From Octopus bimaculoides (Eukaryota), in the NCBI RefSeq assembly GCF_001194135.2, contig NC_068987.1:75627191-75685104 (forward strand): 57,914 nt of DNA, in the 5' to 3' direction. The position numbers were made by a program, and so were the translations under genes. Under the pieces are notes generated by a model that made no database searches, was not told the DNA's origin, and worked only from the letters and a program-made list of their open reading frames with translations. Below are positions 12,167-25,494 of this stretch, piece by piece; within the stretch, counting starts at the first letter, position 1; each line of letters opens with the position of its first letter.

Positions 12167-12624
12167 NNNNNNNNNNNNNNNNNNNNNNNNNNNNNNNNNN
12201 NNNNNNNNNNNNNNNNNNNNNNNNNNNNNNNNNNNNNNNNNNNNNNNNNNNNNNNNNNNNNNNNNNNNNNNNNNNNNNNNNNNNNNNNNNNNNNNNNNNN
12301 NNNNNNNNNNNNNNNNNNNNNNNNNNNNNNNNNNNNNNNNNNNNNNNNNNNNNNNNNNNNNNNNNNNNNNNNNNNNNNNNNNNNNNNNNNNNNNNNNNNN
12401 NNNNNNNNNNNNNNNNNNNNNNNNNNNNNNNNNNNNNNNNNNNNNNNNNNNNNNNNNNNNNNNNNNNNNNNNNNNNNNNNNNNNNNNNNNNNNNNNNNNN
12501 NNNNNNNNNNNNNNNNNNNNNNNNNNNNNNNNNNNNNNNNNNNNNNNNNNNNATATATATATGTATACATACATACACATACATATACATACGCATACAA
12601 ATACACACACCACAGGCATACACA

Positions 12625-12663
<39 letters not shown>

Positions 12664-13596
12664 ACACACATACACACACACACACAAGCTCATCTCTGTA
12701 TAGCTGATATTAGCAGTTTGAGTTGATAGATGAAAGGATGAACAAGGGTCTTAAAAAACGTTGTTGTTTGAGAAAATAACGTGAAAGTTAGAAAATGAAC
12801 TTTTCAAAAACCATTTAAAAGATACGATGAAAATTTCCAAGTTACTTTGAAGAAGTTACAAATGGCGAAAAGATATCGGACAAGTTAGAGTCAAAGTGCT
12901 GACATCGTTTGTTAAAATCATTTTCTTGCCTTTTTACAGTAGATGGAAACGTCTATGTATCTATAAACGCAGTTTGTGTATTATCTGAACTTGAAATGTA
13001 TTTTTTATGGAAGAAAATATGGAAGATCAAACAGAAATCTTTACTGTTTTTCGCAGTACAAGAAAATACTTTATTCTTTACAATATCGGAACGAAGTTGT
13101 GATCTATAAATGTTACAAAAATGTGATCGCTTGGACTTCAAAAGCATCGTTTGCTCTCTGGCCATCGCTGAAAAGAAGAAAGCTAATTAAAAGTCTTCTC
13201 AATATTAAATACTAGTTTTGTGATCTAGATGGTGCTTAATGCGATAGATTTTTTTCTCCTTACCCTCTGAATAACATATACATACATGATCATTCTTTAT
13301 ATGTGTTAAGATTTTACTGGTATTAAAGCTATAATTCTACGTTATTTATCGATTATTAAAAGAAAGTGATATGTAAATGTAATACACTTGTCGGCAGACA
13401 TTTCGTAATTACTTGAACAAAGAACAACCAACTTTATAGTGGGTTAAAAATAAACATAAAAAAAACATTATAAAATTGCATAAGGGGCACAAGGATCGAT
13501 CCGTAAAATGGAACTTCCGAATATGTTCGTGAGAATCCCTAAGCTCTGCTGAATCATGAAGAGACACATGTTTAGCAGAGTTTCCTTCAACTTAAC

Positions 13597-13772
13597 TCCA
13601 CTCACTCACTCACTCACTCACTCACTCACTCACCCACCCAGCCACAAACTCACTGACTCACTCACTGACTCTCTCACTGACTCACTCACTCACTCACTGA
13701 CTGACTGACTGACTGACTCACTCACTCACTCACCCATCCACCTACAAAATCACTCACTCACTCACTCACTCC
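13597..13772. repeat. (CTCA)n/(CTGA)n compound microsatellite
   Basis: Direct reading. Confidence 0.9.
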
Positions 13773-14729
13773 TGGAAATCTCATCTGACATTGGAAGCAA
13801 AAATACGAGGAACGAGCATGTTATTTGCGGGTAGACGTCTACGCTTTATCTTTTTCCTGGAGTTCATAGGTCCAACACACTTTTTTGTTTACAATAGAAA
13901 CAAAATATGAGTTGCTGCTGCTATTTTCCGGGGCTTCAATGTTGTCATTTAAGTTTGGTTTCTCGCCTCTTCTTACCCTGCTTCTCAAATTGTTCATATA
14001 TCTCCATTTTTCATTTCTTTCTTCTTTATTTTCTTTCTGTAGTGTTTTTTGTGTCTGCAGCATTGTGATAAGCATCTTCAGGTACAACAAAAATGCTCAT
14101 ATTAAGCAAATATTTGACAAAGGCTATATCGCATGTCCTGATGCTTTTAGTAAAAGCACATCACAACATGAACATATCTGCATCATTAAAAACAAAGAAT
14201 GTTTCTAGAATGTTCCAGTAATAACTGTAATCTGATGAAAATGCAACAGGTCTGTTGTTATTCTATGAGACAGGTTACAGGAATTTTGCACTGTCAACAA
14301 CTTATGAGATGAATTTTTGGTTTAAAGTCTTGGAAAAAAGAAGACGTCACTGGTTACTTTCAGCTTTTGCACCGAGGTTACAGATGCTCATTTGTATCTA
14401 TTATCAAAGGTGCACTGGACTATATAAATCTGTTGTTACAACACATTTGTTTAAAGACCTGAGAATTCTGGAATTTTGCGAGAAAGAACCAATCAAATTG
14501 ACTTGCATGTTCCAAATGCAATCGTAAAACGGCTTGTATAGATTCATAAAAATTCCATAGAGATTCCTTGAAGAAATACATACAATCAATCACATATATG
14601 CAGTAAAAACTCATTCATGTACATAAAAATATTACACACACGTACTAAAAAGTTATTTTCTACCTGTAGAGACTGTATGCACATATATTTGCAAACTTAT
14701 GGAAATACTATCACTCAAACAAAATATTC

Positions 14730-14932
14730 CTTTCTACTGTAAGCACAAGGTTTGGAATTTGTAGGAGGGGGATAGTCAATGACATCCACCCTCAGTACTT
14801 AATTTATCGTCCTCGAAAGGATGAAGGGCAAAGTCGACCTCGGCGGAATTTGAGCTTAGAACGTAAAGACAGACGAAACGTCGTTACGAATTCTGTCGGC
14901 GTGCTAACAATTCTACCAGCTTCCCGCCTTGA
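14730..14932 (-). mobile_element. tRNA-derived SINE family B
   Basis: GAAAGGATGAAGGGCAAAGTCGACCTCGGCGGAATTTGAGC...GCTAACAATTCTACCAGCTTCCCGCCTT. Confidence 0.85.
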
Positions 14933-15295
14933 CTTAGACAAAATAATATTGTTACTTTGTTATTAGCGGCCAATCAGAATGCCAAGAAGTATTTCGATAA
15001 ATTTTAAAGAGAAAACATACTTTTTTTTTTATATATATCCTTGTATTGGATAGTAGAAAGATAAAATTTTTTCAACTCGTAAATAATGAACATTATATAC
15101 AAAGGATAAAATCCTTTTAAGAGTAGAAACATTTGCCGGCAAATTTTCTTCTCTTAAAAGGATTTTATCCGTTATATATACTATTCAGTATTTACATGTT
15201 GAAAAAAAAAAATCTTTTAACTTGTTCTACAATACATTTCAACAGCTCAAAAACAAACTTGCTTTATTACATATGACGTAAGCTTGTATTGGATA

Positions 15296-15486
15296 TATAA
15301 TATAACGAAGTAGTGGGAAAGAAAGTATATACAAGACACAGTGCTATTACACGAGACTCAACGATCTATATCAACGGCCAACTGTGAACTGCTCAAACTG
15401 CCAAGTGCACACAGTTCTTTGTTTTATAAGCATGAGTCAGTCCACTTTTTAGTCACTTGAGGGGTGTTCAGAATCCCTCCACAACA
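15296..15486 (+). repeat. About 190-bp interspersed repeat, possibly solo-LTR-like
   Basis: Homologous to 44461-44662: TATAATATAACGA...ATGAGTCAGTCCAC...TAGTCACTTGAG...CAGAATCC.TCCACAACA. Confidence 0.65.
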
Positions 15487-16177
15487 CTTTTATACATATC
15501 TACATCTTTACATACTTATATACAAAGGTAGATAATAATAAAGTACAAAAAATACATACATACGATCCGACAGAGGCTAGCAGGCTGAACTTGGAAATCA
15601 CTTTCATCACTCTTCTAAAAAATTTATATGTATGTACTCTACCAACAGTATTGAGTAGTCCTTCAGCTTAATGTAAAATTGTTCTTTATTATAACTCGAC
15701 ACACAAAAAAAAGAACATTAATATACTTACATGTACAAATATCTAGCCAGCCGGTCAACCATCCATAGAAATGTGTGCCTTGATATGTGTGTGTGTATGT
15801 GTGTGTGTGTGTGGTTTATTATATTTATACGCATATGTATAGATATTTACGAGCACATACACAGTATGCTCATTTTGCTCCATAACCATACTTGCATTCG
15901 AATACATTTAGAGAACTTTACAAAAATACACCGCTGACTCCGTTCGTACAATTGTAGTCATAGCTGTGGAGGAACAGCAAATGTATCATACCAATACAGG
16001 TTTGTTTTTCAATACGATCTTCCTGGTAGCTAAATGATTCATTGAAATACTTCCTGCCTGCGTGTGGTAGATTCTCCGGATGTGAGCGTTGCTACTGGAA
16101 ACGCACTGTTAAACTGTCAAATAGTGACTTCCTCTGATGAAAACCAGCTTACTTCAACAAATGCCTTTTATCAATAC

Positions 16178-16226
<49 letters not shown>

Positions 16227-16236
16227 GTATATATGT

Positions 16237-17315
16237 CATTATTCAGTTTTATTTCAAGATTTCTTGCCAATAGAAACAGAGCCGGTTTCTAACCTAGATC
16301 CAAGGCTCTTTCACTGGAATTTCAACATCAGCAACAGGGTAGTGAAATATGTATGTATGTATGTATGTGCAGATTTGTATGTTTTATGTATGTATTCTCA
16401 TGCATAGAGTTACATATCTAAACATTTTCATATATATTTAAATGATAAACTTCTGGAAAGTTTTACAGATGTTTACAGTTCCAGTGATGGATTGTATCTG
16501 TAGCCTTTGAATTAGCTTTCTCCTTTCTGGTTTTGAGAAGCCTAATTTCTTAAGATTGGTATTTAGGCAGTGTGTTACATATCCCAGTGCTCCAATAATT
16601 ATAGGTATAAACCTGAACTTGTAATCTAGATAGAGTAACTGTAGATTTCTCAATAGTTCAGCATAGGTGTTCTCTTTTTCACTGATCTTCAGTTTTATGT
16701 TAACATCAATTTCCACAACTGTGCACAGTCTCCCTTTTCTATCCCAAATCATTATATCAGGTCTGTTGTGCTTACATTTTATTGAGGTCTTCACTGTTAC
16801 ATTCCACCAATATTCATTTTTATTATGAGTGGCTATGGCTTCTACTATATTGTGAGTTCTTATTTCTTTGTCCTCGGCATTATTTTTCCGATGGATTTCA
16901 TTATAGGGTGTCCTAGATACAACATCATGTCTCATCGGTAGATAATACCGTGATGAAATTTTCGGACAACTGCTTATGATGTGGGTGATATTTTCAGTGT
17001 GATCTCCACAAAGTCTGCATCGGTTGTCACATTTTACAGCTTTTCCTGTATCTCTATCCCTTTTGTGCATCAGGTACTTGGCTGATATTTCTTGTTCCTG
17101 GATTGCAAACGCATACCCTTCAAAGGTGGGAGGTAATAATCCGGCTATTCGCCCCTGATAAACTGCTTTGATGATTGATGTTACTATCATCACGGAGCTT
17201 TCTACTAACGTATCCATGCATAGTCTTCCGCTCAAATAGGCTCATCATTTCCTCTGATGATACATCGTGGTAGAGTCGTGCGACTTCTTTGGGCGTGTAT
17301 TCCAGGTTATCAGAC

Positions 17316-17316
<1 letters not shown>
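16237..17316 (-). mobile_element. 5'-truncated R4/Dong-like non-LTR retrotransposon with CCHC zinc knuckle and restriction-like endonuclease
   Basis: ORF 16438-17235 contains CRLCGDHTENITHIISSC...RHD and HNRPDIMIWD...VVEI. There is a frameshift near 17130, and a long (TATG)n tract lies at the 5' junction. Confidence 0.92.
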
Positions 17317-17346
<30 letters not shown>

Positions 17347-17404
17347 TGTATGTATGTATGTATGTATGTATGTACGTACGTATGCATGCATGCATGTATG
17401 TATG

Positions 17405-17432
<28 letters not shown>
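17317..17432. repeat. (TATG)n microsatellite at the 5' junction of the R4-like LINE
   Basis: Direct reading. Confidence 0.95.
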
Positions 17433-17435
<3 letters not shown>

Positions 17436-18199
17436 TATTTATATATATCAAGTCGATGCTTTTGTGTAGTTGCTGCCGCTGCTGCTCTTGAATATGATGA
17501 TGAAATAGTTATTCAAATAATGAAACCATGCAAACAAACCATTTCACATAACTCAGATGTGCACATGCAAGATCTATGGATGAGCATAACTTCACATACT
17601 AAACGACAGCAGCCTCTCCCTCGTATTTTGTCATTGTCAGAAATGCAGGGGATTAATGTCAGGCATGTTGAAAACGTGGAACCAATGCAGCTTCCGTTCA
17701 CAAATCGTGATATAAAATGAAATATATTTGCAATAGCGTTGCTGAAACGCGCATGTACATTCCACATCTAAACTAACGACTCGGCTATGTGGTAGGCAAT
17801 CATTTGCATACACACTATAATCACTATCTGTACTCGTGCCATTTTCCTCTCTGTCTCTTCTCATATCATTTTAATGGCTTCTGTTTCTCTGAACATAACT
17901 TACTAAGACTTAATTATTTAGGAAATGCATTGGCCTTCTCTTCAGGTAGTTATAGACGAGATAATGGAAACCTGATTCTCAAAAAGAGCTCTCTGTCTTT
18001 CACTCTTCCTCGCTCTCAGCTTCTCTATTTTTCATTCTCTTCTACGTCATCTATATATTTTTCTGTCACATCCCTCTAAACTTACGCATACACAAACACA
18101 TATGTATAATACACACGTATATAAGGTATACACGCACAAACACACACACACACACACTTGCACATACACTGAGATCTATGCTGACAAGCCTCTGGTATA

Positions 18200-18577
18200 T
18201 TATCACAGCTATTTTATGATGTCATTTTGGAATATGTTTAGCGAAGATATACGGCTTACAGCCTCGTTAAATCATCTACAGTGAACTCAACACCGGCAAA
18301 GAGATCACGGGGGTACCCCATGTGACGTTACAAAAACTAACAGAAATAGACGATGAAGAGCATCGGTTCCCACCCTAACTCGATGGGAGCAAATACGCAG
18401 AAGACAGAACAGCATCATGTCACTTCATCAACATTGGTGCTGAACAGTTTGAAAAGAACCATCGAAGAAATGTAGAAATGAGCGACTCTGAAGAAACACC
18501 CACCAACTCCAACTAAGGCCTCCATTGACCATTACATGGGATCTCTGTTGCCATTTTTTTCACGCAAAAATCAGTGG
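18200..18577 (+). mobile_element. RTE-clade LINE 3' fragment (end of ORF2)
   Basis: Frameshifted peptide EDIRL...SELNTGK...AEDRTA...GAEQFEKNHRRN and a decayed C2H2 motif ITWDLCCHFFHAKIS, typical of RTE C-termini. Confidence 0.7.
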
Positions 18578-19988
18578 CCAACCAACCAACCAACCAACCA
18601 ACCAACCAACCAACCAACCAATCAACCNNNNNNNNNNNNNNNNNNNNNNNNNNNNNNNNNNNNNNNNNNNNNNNNNNNNNNNNNNNNNNNNNNNNNNNNN
18701 NNNNNNNNNNNNNNNNNNNNNNNNNNNTGAAAGTTTAATCTATGACGTATGTATCACTTTCTCTCTCTCTCCCTCTCTTACTTTTACTCTCTATATTTTT
18801 ATGTTGAGCGCGTTTGTAAGAATGACGTTCCAGGTAGCAGGGATGAAATATAAAAGTTGCTAGAAACAACAGCCAAATCTCCCTTAAATCACACAAAGTA
18901 AACGGAATTTAAAAAATCTAATTACTGCACTGGAAAGTTCAGATCGAGAAAATTCCATTGATGTAAAAATTTTTACGAAAAAGTGGATTTCTATAAACAT
19001 TCAAAAAGGCTTCACACAAACACACAATTTCAGATTTATATATTAAGATATATACACTGACTGCCTTAAGAAAGGAGAAACTGTTAGTTTCCAGTACATA
19101 CTTTTCCTGAAATTTCAAGGTGATTGGCTTTTGTACAAGACAGGATCTGCAAGGTTTTTATACAAAATAGGATATACATAGTTCAGTGTATAAAAAGACT
19201 TCTTAAAGATAAAGAAGATAAAAAGGGTTAAAAGTGGGTTGATAGAGTCATTAGAGTATCAGAAAAAAATGCCTGTTATTATTTGTTCTGGTTTATCATG
19301 TACTCCATTCAAATTCCACTGAAATCAACTCTGACAGAATCATTAGCAGACCGGGCAAAATTCTTAGCAGCATTTCATCCAACTTTACTTTCCATAAATT
19401 CCACCAAGGTTGACTTTGCCTTTCAGGGTTGATAAAAGTCCCAGAAGAACAACGGGCTCGATGTAATCAACTAATCCCCACCCCATAACTTGCTGGCCTA
19501 GTGCCAACATTTTAAACCATTATTACCACTATCTCCCCAACATGAATAACACAATGTCATAATGATGAATAGCATAAAAGTAAATAAATACTAACGAAAT
19601 TCCTAACTAGATAATTTTGAGATACTGTTAATTACACTTGGTTATTTTGTAAAGAAACATGGCACACACAACTGCTGTTTCACCACAAAGAAAATAAATT
19701 AGATCATTTCCTAATTTCACCATATACTAATATTATAAAACACTATCAAAACTTTAAATGACAAAGATTTCAATCCAGTGATAGAGATTGAACTAATTAA
19801 ACTACCAAATGTAACAACCAAATCTCATAGGTTCTATAGGATGACTTAAACTGCTAGACATAGCAACTAAATGACCCTCATATAACACCCAACTATCTTA
19901 ACTCTTTGTCTAACCTGCATATCACACATGATACACACCACATATTTCCCTTGTGTCTGTGCATCATATATGATGCATGTTGCCATTT

Positions 19989-20022
<34 letters not shown>

Positions 20023-20437
20023 GCTACCAGAGTAACTTGGTACTTATAAAAGGAAAGCTTTTATATTACATGAAATGAGGGCTTATCTAAAAGATTGAAA
20101 AGAAGCATAGGCATTTAGGACAGATTTATGAAAATACTTTGGACACAGAGTTAAAGAGAAAGACATTGGATAATGCAGTCCAAGGTACATAATCTGAATA
20201 AAACACACCATAACTGCTGAGTGAGACTTTATTTAAAGTTTAATATTTCATTGCTGAGCACAAATGAAGTGTGTGTGTGCGTGTGTGTGTGCATATATAT
20301 TAAGTAGATATACTGACATGAATATCGCTTAAACCCTCTTGTGAATATATTGTGAATATGCATATATCATACATTCATACACAACGCGCACGGACAGCTT
20401 CATGTATACATGTATATTCTATGTCTGTTTGTTTGTT

Positions 20438-20483
<46 letters not shown>

Positions 20484-20648
20484 TGTGTATGTGTGTTTGT
20501 GTGTGCGTGCATGTTTCCCTCTGTGTGTCTATGGATGCAAGCATTATAAGTGTGTGTCTGTATGCGATTGTATGATCGTGTTAGGTGTGAAGCTTACTGA
20601 ATTCCGTGTATGCTGACTTACAACTTGTATGTGTGAATGTTGTGTCAT

Positions 20649-20688
<40 letters not shown>

Positions 20689-21121
20689 ACAAATGATTTA
20701 TGCAATTGAAAGTTTGGAGGCCATTTTATAGAGGATACAAGAAATTTGCCTGTAATGCTGGCGGTGGTGATCGTGTGTGCTAGTGGTGTGTTATAGATGG
20801 AGGCGAGGTGAAAAGAAGACTTTACAGTGAGACAGAATTACGTCCAAAGCTATTCCAGACGTCTTGGCAACGTAAGTATTCCTACAGAGCTGGGTCATAC
20901 CAATCGAGAGTGATATTATTAATCTTGTTTGGTACCGAAAAAGAAATTTTTTTTAAAGGCAGCGTTATTAGAGGACATTTATCTTTCTTTGAAGGACAAC
21001 ATGAAATGATAAGACTAGGAAGAGGAGAGGATGGAGATAGAAAAGAAAGAGGAAAAGACGGATAAAACGATGAAGGACTGGGAGCGATTATAAGCACCAC
21101 GTGATGGTACGAACGAGTTGG

Positions 21122-21160
<39 letters not shown>

Positions 21161-22180
21161 NNNNNNNNNNNNNNNNNNNNNNNNNNNNNNNNNNNNNNNN
21201 NNNNNNNNNNNNNNNNNNNNNNNNNNNNNNNNNNNNNNNNNNNNNNNNNNNNNNNNNNNNNNNNNNNNNNNNNNNNNNNNNNNNNNNNNNNNNNNNNNNN
21301 NNNNNNNNNNNNNNNNNNNNNNNNNNNNNNNNNNNNNNNNNNNNNNNNNNNNNNNNNNNNNNNNNNNNNNNNNNNNNNNNNNNNNNNNNNNNNNNNNNNN
21401 NNNNNNNNNNNNNNNNNNNNNNNNNNNNNNNNNNNNNNNNNNNNNNNNNNNNNNNNNNNNNNNNNNNNNNNNNNNNNNNNNNNNNNNNNNNNNNNNNNNN
21501 NNNNNNNNNNNNNNNNNNNNNNNNNNNNNNNNNNNNNNNNNNNNNNNNNNNNNNNNNNNNNNNNNNNNNNNNNNNNNNNNNNNNNNNNNNNNNNNNNNNN
21601 NNNNNNNNNNNNNNNNNNNNNNNNNNNNNNNNNNNNNNNNNNNNNNNNNNNNNNNNNNNNNNNNNNNNNNNNNNNNNNNNNNNNNNNNNNNNNNNNNNNN
21701 NNNNNNNNNNNNNNNNNNNNNNNNNNNNNNNNNNNNNNNNNNNNNNNNNNNNNNNNNNNNNNNNNNNNNNNNNNNNNNNNNNNNNNNNNNNNNNNNNTAT
21801 ATATATATATATATATATTTATATAAATACACACACACACATATATCCAACTATATGTATATAGGTATGTATGTATGTGTGAATGTATATATATATTACG
21901 TATATATTACTGATACCTACGCCCCAGTCACCTTATAACGTGCATTCCAAACCTCCCTGAGGAGTACTGGCTACCATATGCTAACATACAGTAGGATAGC
22001 TTCTTTTACTGAATATACATATGGAAATCCATTCGAATACGCGCAATTCACAGCAAAAATATAACACAAGATGGAGTGATCAGGCGGTAATCTAATCACA
22101 ACAATCGTTTCTGTGTATTAACATCAGCTTTAAATTGCTAAGCGTTTCCCTTTTTATGTATATTATTATATCGTACTCGT

Positions 22181-22540
22181 CATTGTTGGTCTTCTGTCGT
22201 ATCCGAGAATTTAGTTTCTTCTTTGCTGAATGTTTCCTTTGTGGTAATGACGCTGATGACTTGGTAGACCAATTCTTGCATAAAAGAATCGGTGGAATCG
22301 ACTGCATGGTAATATTGGTGGCGGAGGAGGTTGATTTTGTCGAGCCTTTCTCTTCTGTCCTTTGATTTCTTCCTTTTCTCTTCTGGTGGCTTCGAGGTGT
22401 TTGGTTCCAATAGTAATGGAACACCACCACTGGGTACCGTTTCGGGCTTGTGTCATAAATGATTTACGCTCAATTCCAGTAATTTTCAGTCTTGCTTTAA
22501 ATTGGTCTTTGTATCATCGAAGAAGCCAGCCCCAAGGTCT
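22181..22540 (-). mobile_element. RTE-clade LINE 3' end with C-terminal zinc-finger remnant and short 3' tail
   Basis: YKDQFKARLKITGI...ARNGTQW...KRKARQNQPPPPPILPCSRFHRFFYARIGLPSHQRH matches the RTE pattern YKD.LK..L..../C..C.R.F.ARIGL.SH.R.H. Confidence 0.8.
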
Positions 22541-23589
22541 TTTATTTATGTATCAGGCACATCACATTTATTTATCTTATTCTACTTCAATTTTACTTTA
22601 TCTGACTCAATCGTATTTATGCTGGTTATTCGCTTGAAATTTATGGCCACATTAATGTTGGTTATTCACTTGAAATTCATGGTCATAAGATAATTCTTTC
22701 TTTTATCTATGAACTATTTCCTGCTATGATGCACTACGTTCTACTTAATGTATATAAACCTCACTGTTGATATCAAGCAAGCAAATTACCCATATTTGTG
22801 GTATTACTAAATAGGGTATGACACATGAATTTGCACAAAAGCAAATATATCACATATGAATCGGGTTTTCTGTGTGTTATGAGCTCCTCTCCAGATCGGA
22901 GGCGGCCGTATATCGCAGCCATTGCGACGCGACGAATGCACGGTGCCAAGTGAGCCACTTTTGGTAAGCAGAACTGGTGATTACACATGAATTGAGTTTT
23001 CTGTGTGTGATGAGCTGAAAGTATACTTTTCGTGGATTGCATGAATTTATAACGCTCGTCTGCCTGTGGCTATATTACTTTTGTTGATTGCACTGGAATA
23101 TATCCTTGCAAAAAAATCTGAACCTCGATGTTTAAAACTATGATGGTAACATAGGACATTATGAGCACAGACTTCGTACATCTAGCAGAATAGTTTTGCA
23201 AGCTTTGCCTGTCCGACAAACAACATAATATGAAGTAGTTGTCGCAAAAAATAAACACACGAGCAAGGAAAGCTTTTTGAAAAGAGTTTTAGACGTCCGT
23301 TACAAATCTATCATTATTTTTTTCACCAGCAAAGATAGTTTTTCAAATACAAGTTTCATTTTCTCAAATTTATTAATATTTAGGGTGTAATGATAACATT
23401 TTATATAATATATATTTAAAGGTTAAATTGGAACACAAAAAAGACAAGTAATTAATGCATAAATAAAAAAATTAACCTCATTTATACAACATCCATTCTT
23501 TAGATAGGCATGTCATAGAACAATATACATAATAAAAGTTTTTAAAATAATGTGAACATGAATTTCTCTTATTAAGTTTGTCAGAGTGT

Positions 23590-24860
23590 TCATATTATGA
23601 AACCGAACGATAGTCAACTATCATGCCTTCATTTTAAAATCACTGTATCGTGTTACCATTGCCTTATAATATATTAATGGCATGCTTTTTTCTCACTGAT
23701 AACCGAACTAACATTTTCGGGAAAGAGATCTAGATGAGAATGTAGGACGACTAGTTTTGATGATGCCCGGAGCTCATATTTCTAGGCATGAAGGTACTCC
23801 TCTGTAGGCAGGGGACACATTAGGCTCCAGAAAGTTTTCTCATAATAATTTGAAAGCCTACTATGTTTTTAATTCCAGTGTATTATGATGCAATGAGCTG
23901 CTGCCTCTTTTAAATTGGTCACATGTACATTTGGCAAATTTTTAGATACGTAATGAAACCCTCTTGAGTTGATTTTACTCATTGCTTCAACAAAATTTCT
24001 CATTAAATCAAATTTAATGTAGGGAGTTGGCAAAAATATCTTCTAAAATGAGAATGGATACCGTCTATTGCTGGGATACTTGTTGCTCCCAGTAGCCAGT
24101 CACGTAGATTTGAGAAACAGCACTGGTTTGTAAATTTGGCCTATTTTTGCGTTAGTATTCCAATAACTTTGGGATTTCTACAGGAACTCCATTGATGAAC
24201 ACACTATTTAATGATATATGACAGGAAATTTTATGACATGTTCATTGATGTGATTCCATTAGCAGAGTGGATTATGTAATATAAAGCATATTGCCAAAAT
24301 TAAATTTCCCTTGTGAGAGCTACTCATTTGCATATATTGGTAGAGCAAACTACCTTCTCTCAGTTTTGAGACAGGAATTTTTTTTCAGATATATATTCAA
24401 AATCTGTTAAAAATATCCAACCTTTCCATCATTTTCTCCTTCACCACTGTTCATTTCATTACCTATAAAAATTAAATAAATAGTTTTGGAGAAAGGGAAT
24501 GGACATTGCTTCATTATGATGGATTCATAAATGTACTGGTTACATGTTTGAATTGACAAATATCTATTAGTACGTCCAATTATTTGAACACTACAGACAT
24601 AGCACTCAGTATGATTATCCCTTTGTTCTCTCCATATGATGAGTATGGCAAAGACATTAATTATGTCTTTTTGTACTACCTCTCTTGTTGCGGACTTGAT
24701 GTAGTGCTTACTTCTTGCTTTGCCCCCCACCGACCACCACCGCGCCCAGTATCACAAATCAAGTATATCTAGTTTATTTTCATTGGAAGCGTTTCGTCGT
24801 TGCATCGTAGCTGTGGAAGCAATGTATGAAAAGTATGGAGATTTTTCATTCTCCAGGCAT
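23590..24860 (-). pseudogene. Decayed Chapaev3-like (CMC superfamily) DNA transposase
   Basis: Collinear motifs: FAILIIWREQRDNHTECYVC (ORF 24407-24730), KIFLPTPYIKFDLMRNFVEAM...GFHYV...LP (about 23900-24045), LHSHLDLFPENV (about 23715-23750) and AMVTRY. Many stops and frameshifts; TIRs not located. Confidence 0.75.
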
Positions 24861-25494
24861 GTTGCTTAAATGGAAATGATCTGCAAAAATATTTTGAAAA
24901 ATACAAAATTTTCCAAATATAATTTAAAAGATAATAATTTGCTTCATGCCCTGAAATATTCACATTACTGAAAAACTGTTGACAGTTTTAAATGACTTTA
25001 GGTTCACCGAAAATCATCTCCGATTTAATTTTCTTTTGTTTTATTAGCGTTATTAGAATTGTTAGCGTTTTAAATGCAGAAAGCTCAGATTTACTAGAAT
25101 AGTGAAGAAGTAAGGCGTCTTTTGTAATGTCTGAATGTATACCTATCTTGAAAAAATCATTTTGAAAAGGATTTTGAGGGGGAAAGCTACATAGTTTTAT
25201 TCTTTTATCGTTTTGTAGAAAGGAAAAACGTGGCTAACAAATGTTTGATAACAGTGCTACTCAATTTAAAAAAAAACTTTCAACTAAATTAAACACATTA
25301 CAAAAATTGATGATGACGCGCTGATCGCCATTTAAACATAACTGACGCATAAATAATTTCATCTGTACAATAGGGATTGTCAGAGCATTTAGATCACTAA
25401 TGTTGCCAGATGATGCACGTAGAAAATAACGAAAAAAACTAAAAGTATTTTAGAAAATTAATGCAATAAAGGATAAAGCTATTGTGATCCCACT

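Noticed and set aside
16438-17235. 265-aa ORF as an intact gene
   Set aside because: The first ~35 residues are out of frame relative to sister copies, a 12-nt deletion removes TCPA in the endonuclease, and the element is 5'-truncated.
17637-17864. 75-aa ORF (…LDVECTCAFQQRY…) as a secreted-protein exon
   Set aside because: No convincing splice sites or recognisable family; the composition resembles surrounding non-coding DNA.
22180-22410. MEPNTSKPPEEKRKKSKDRRERL... as a host protein N-terminus
   Set aside because: It is an alternative frame of the RTE 3' fragment.
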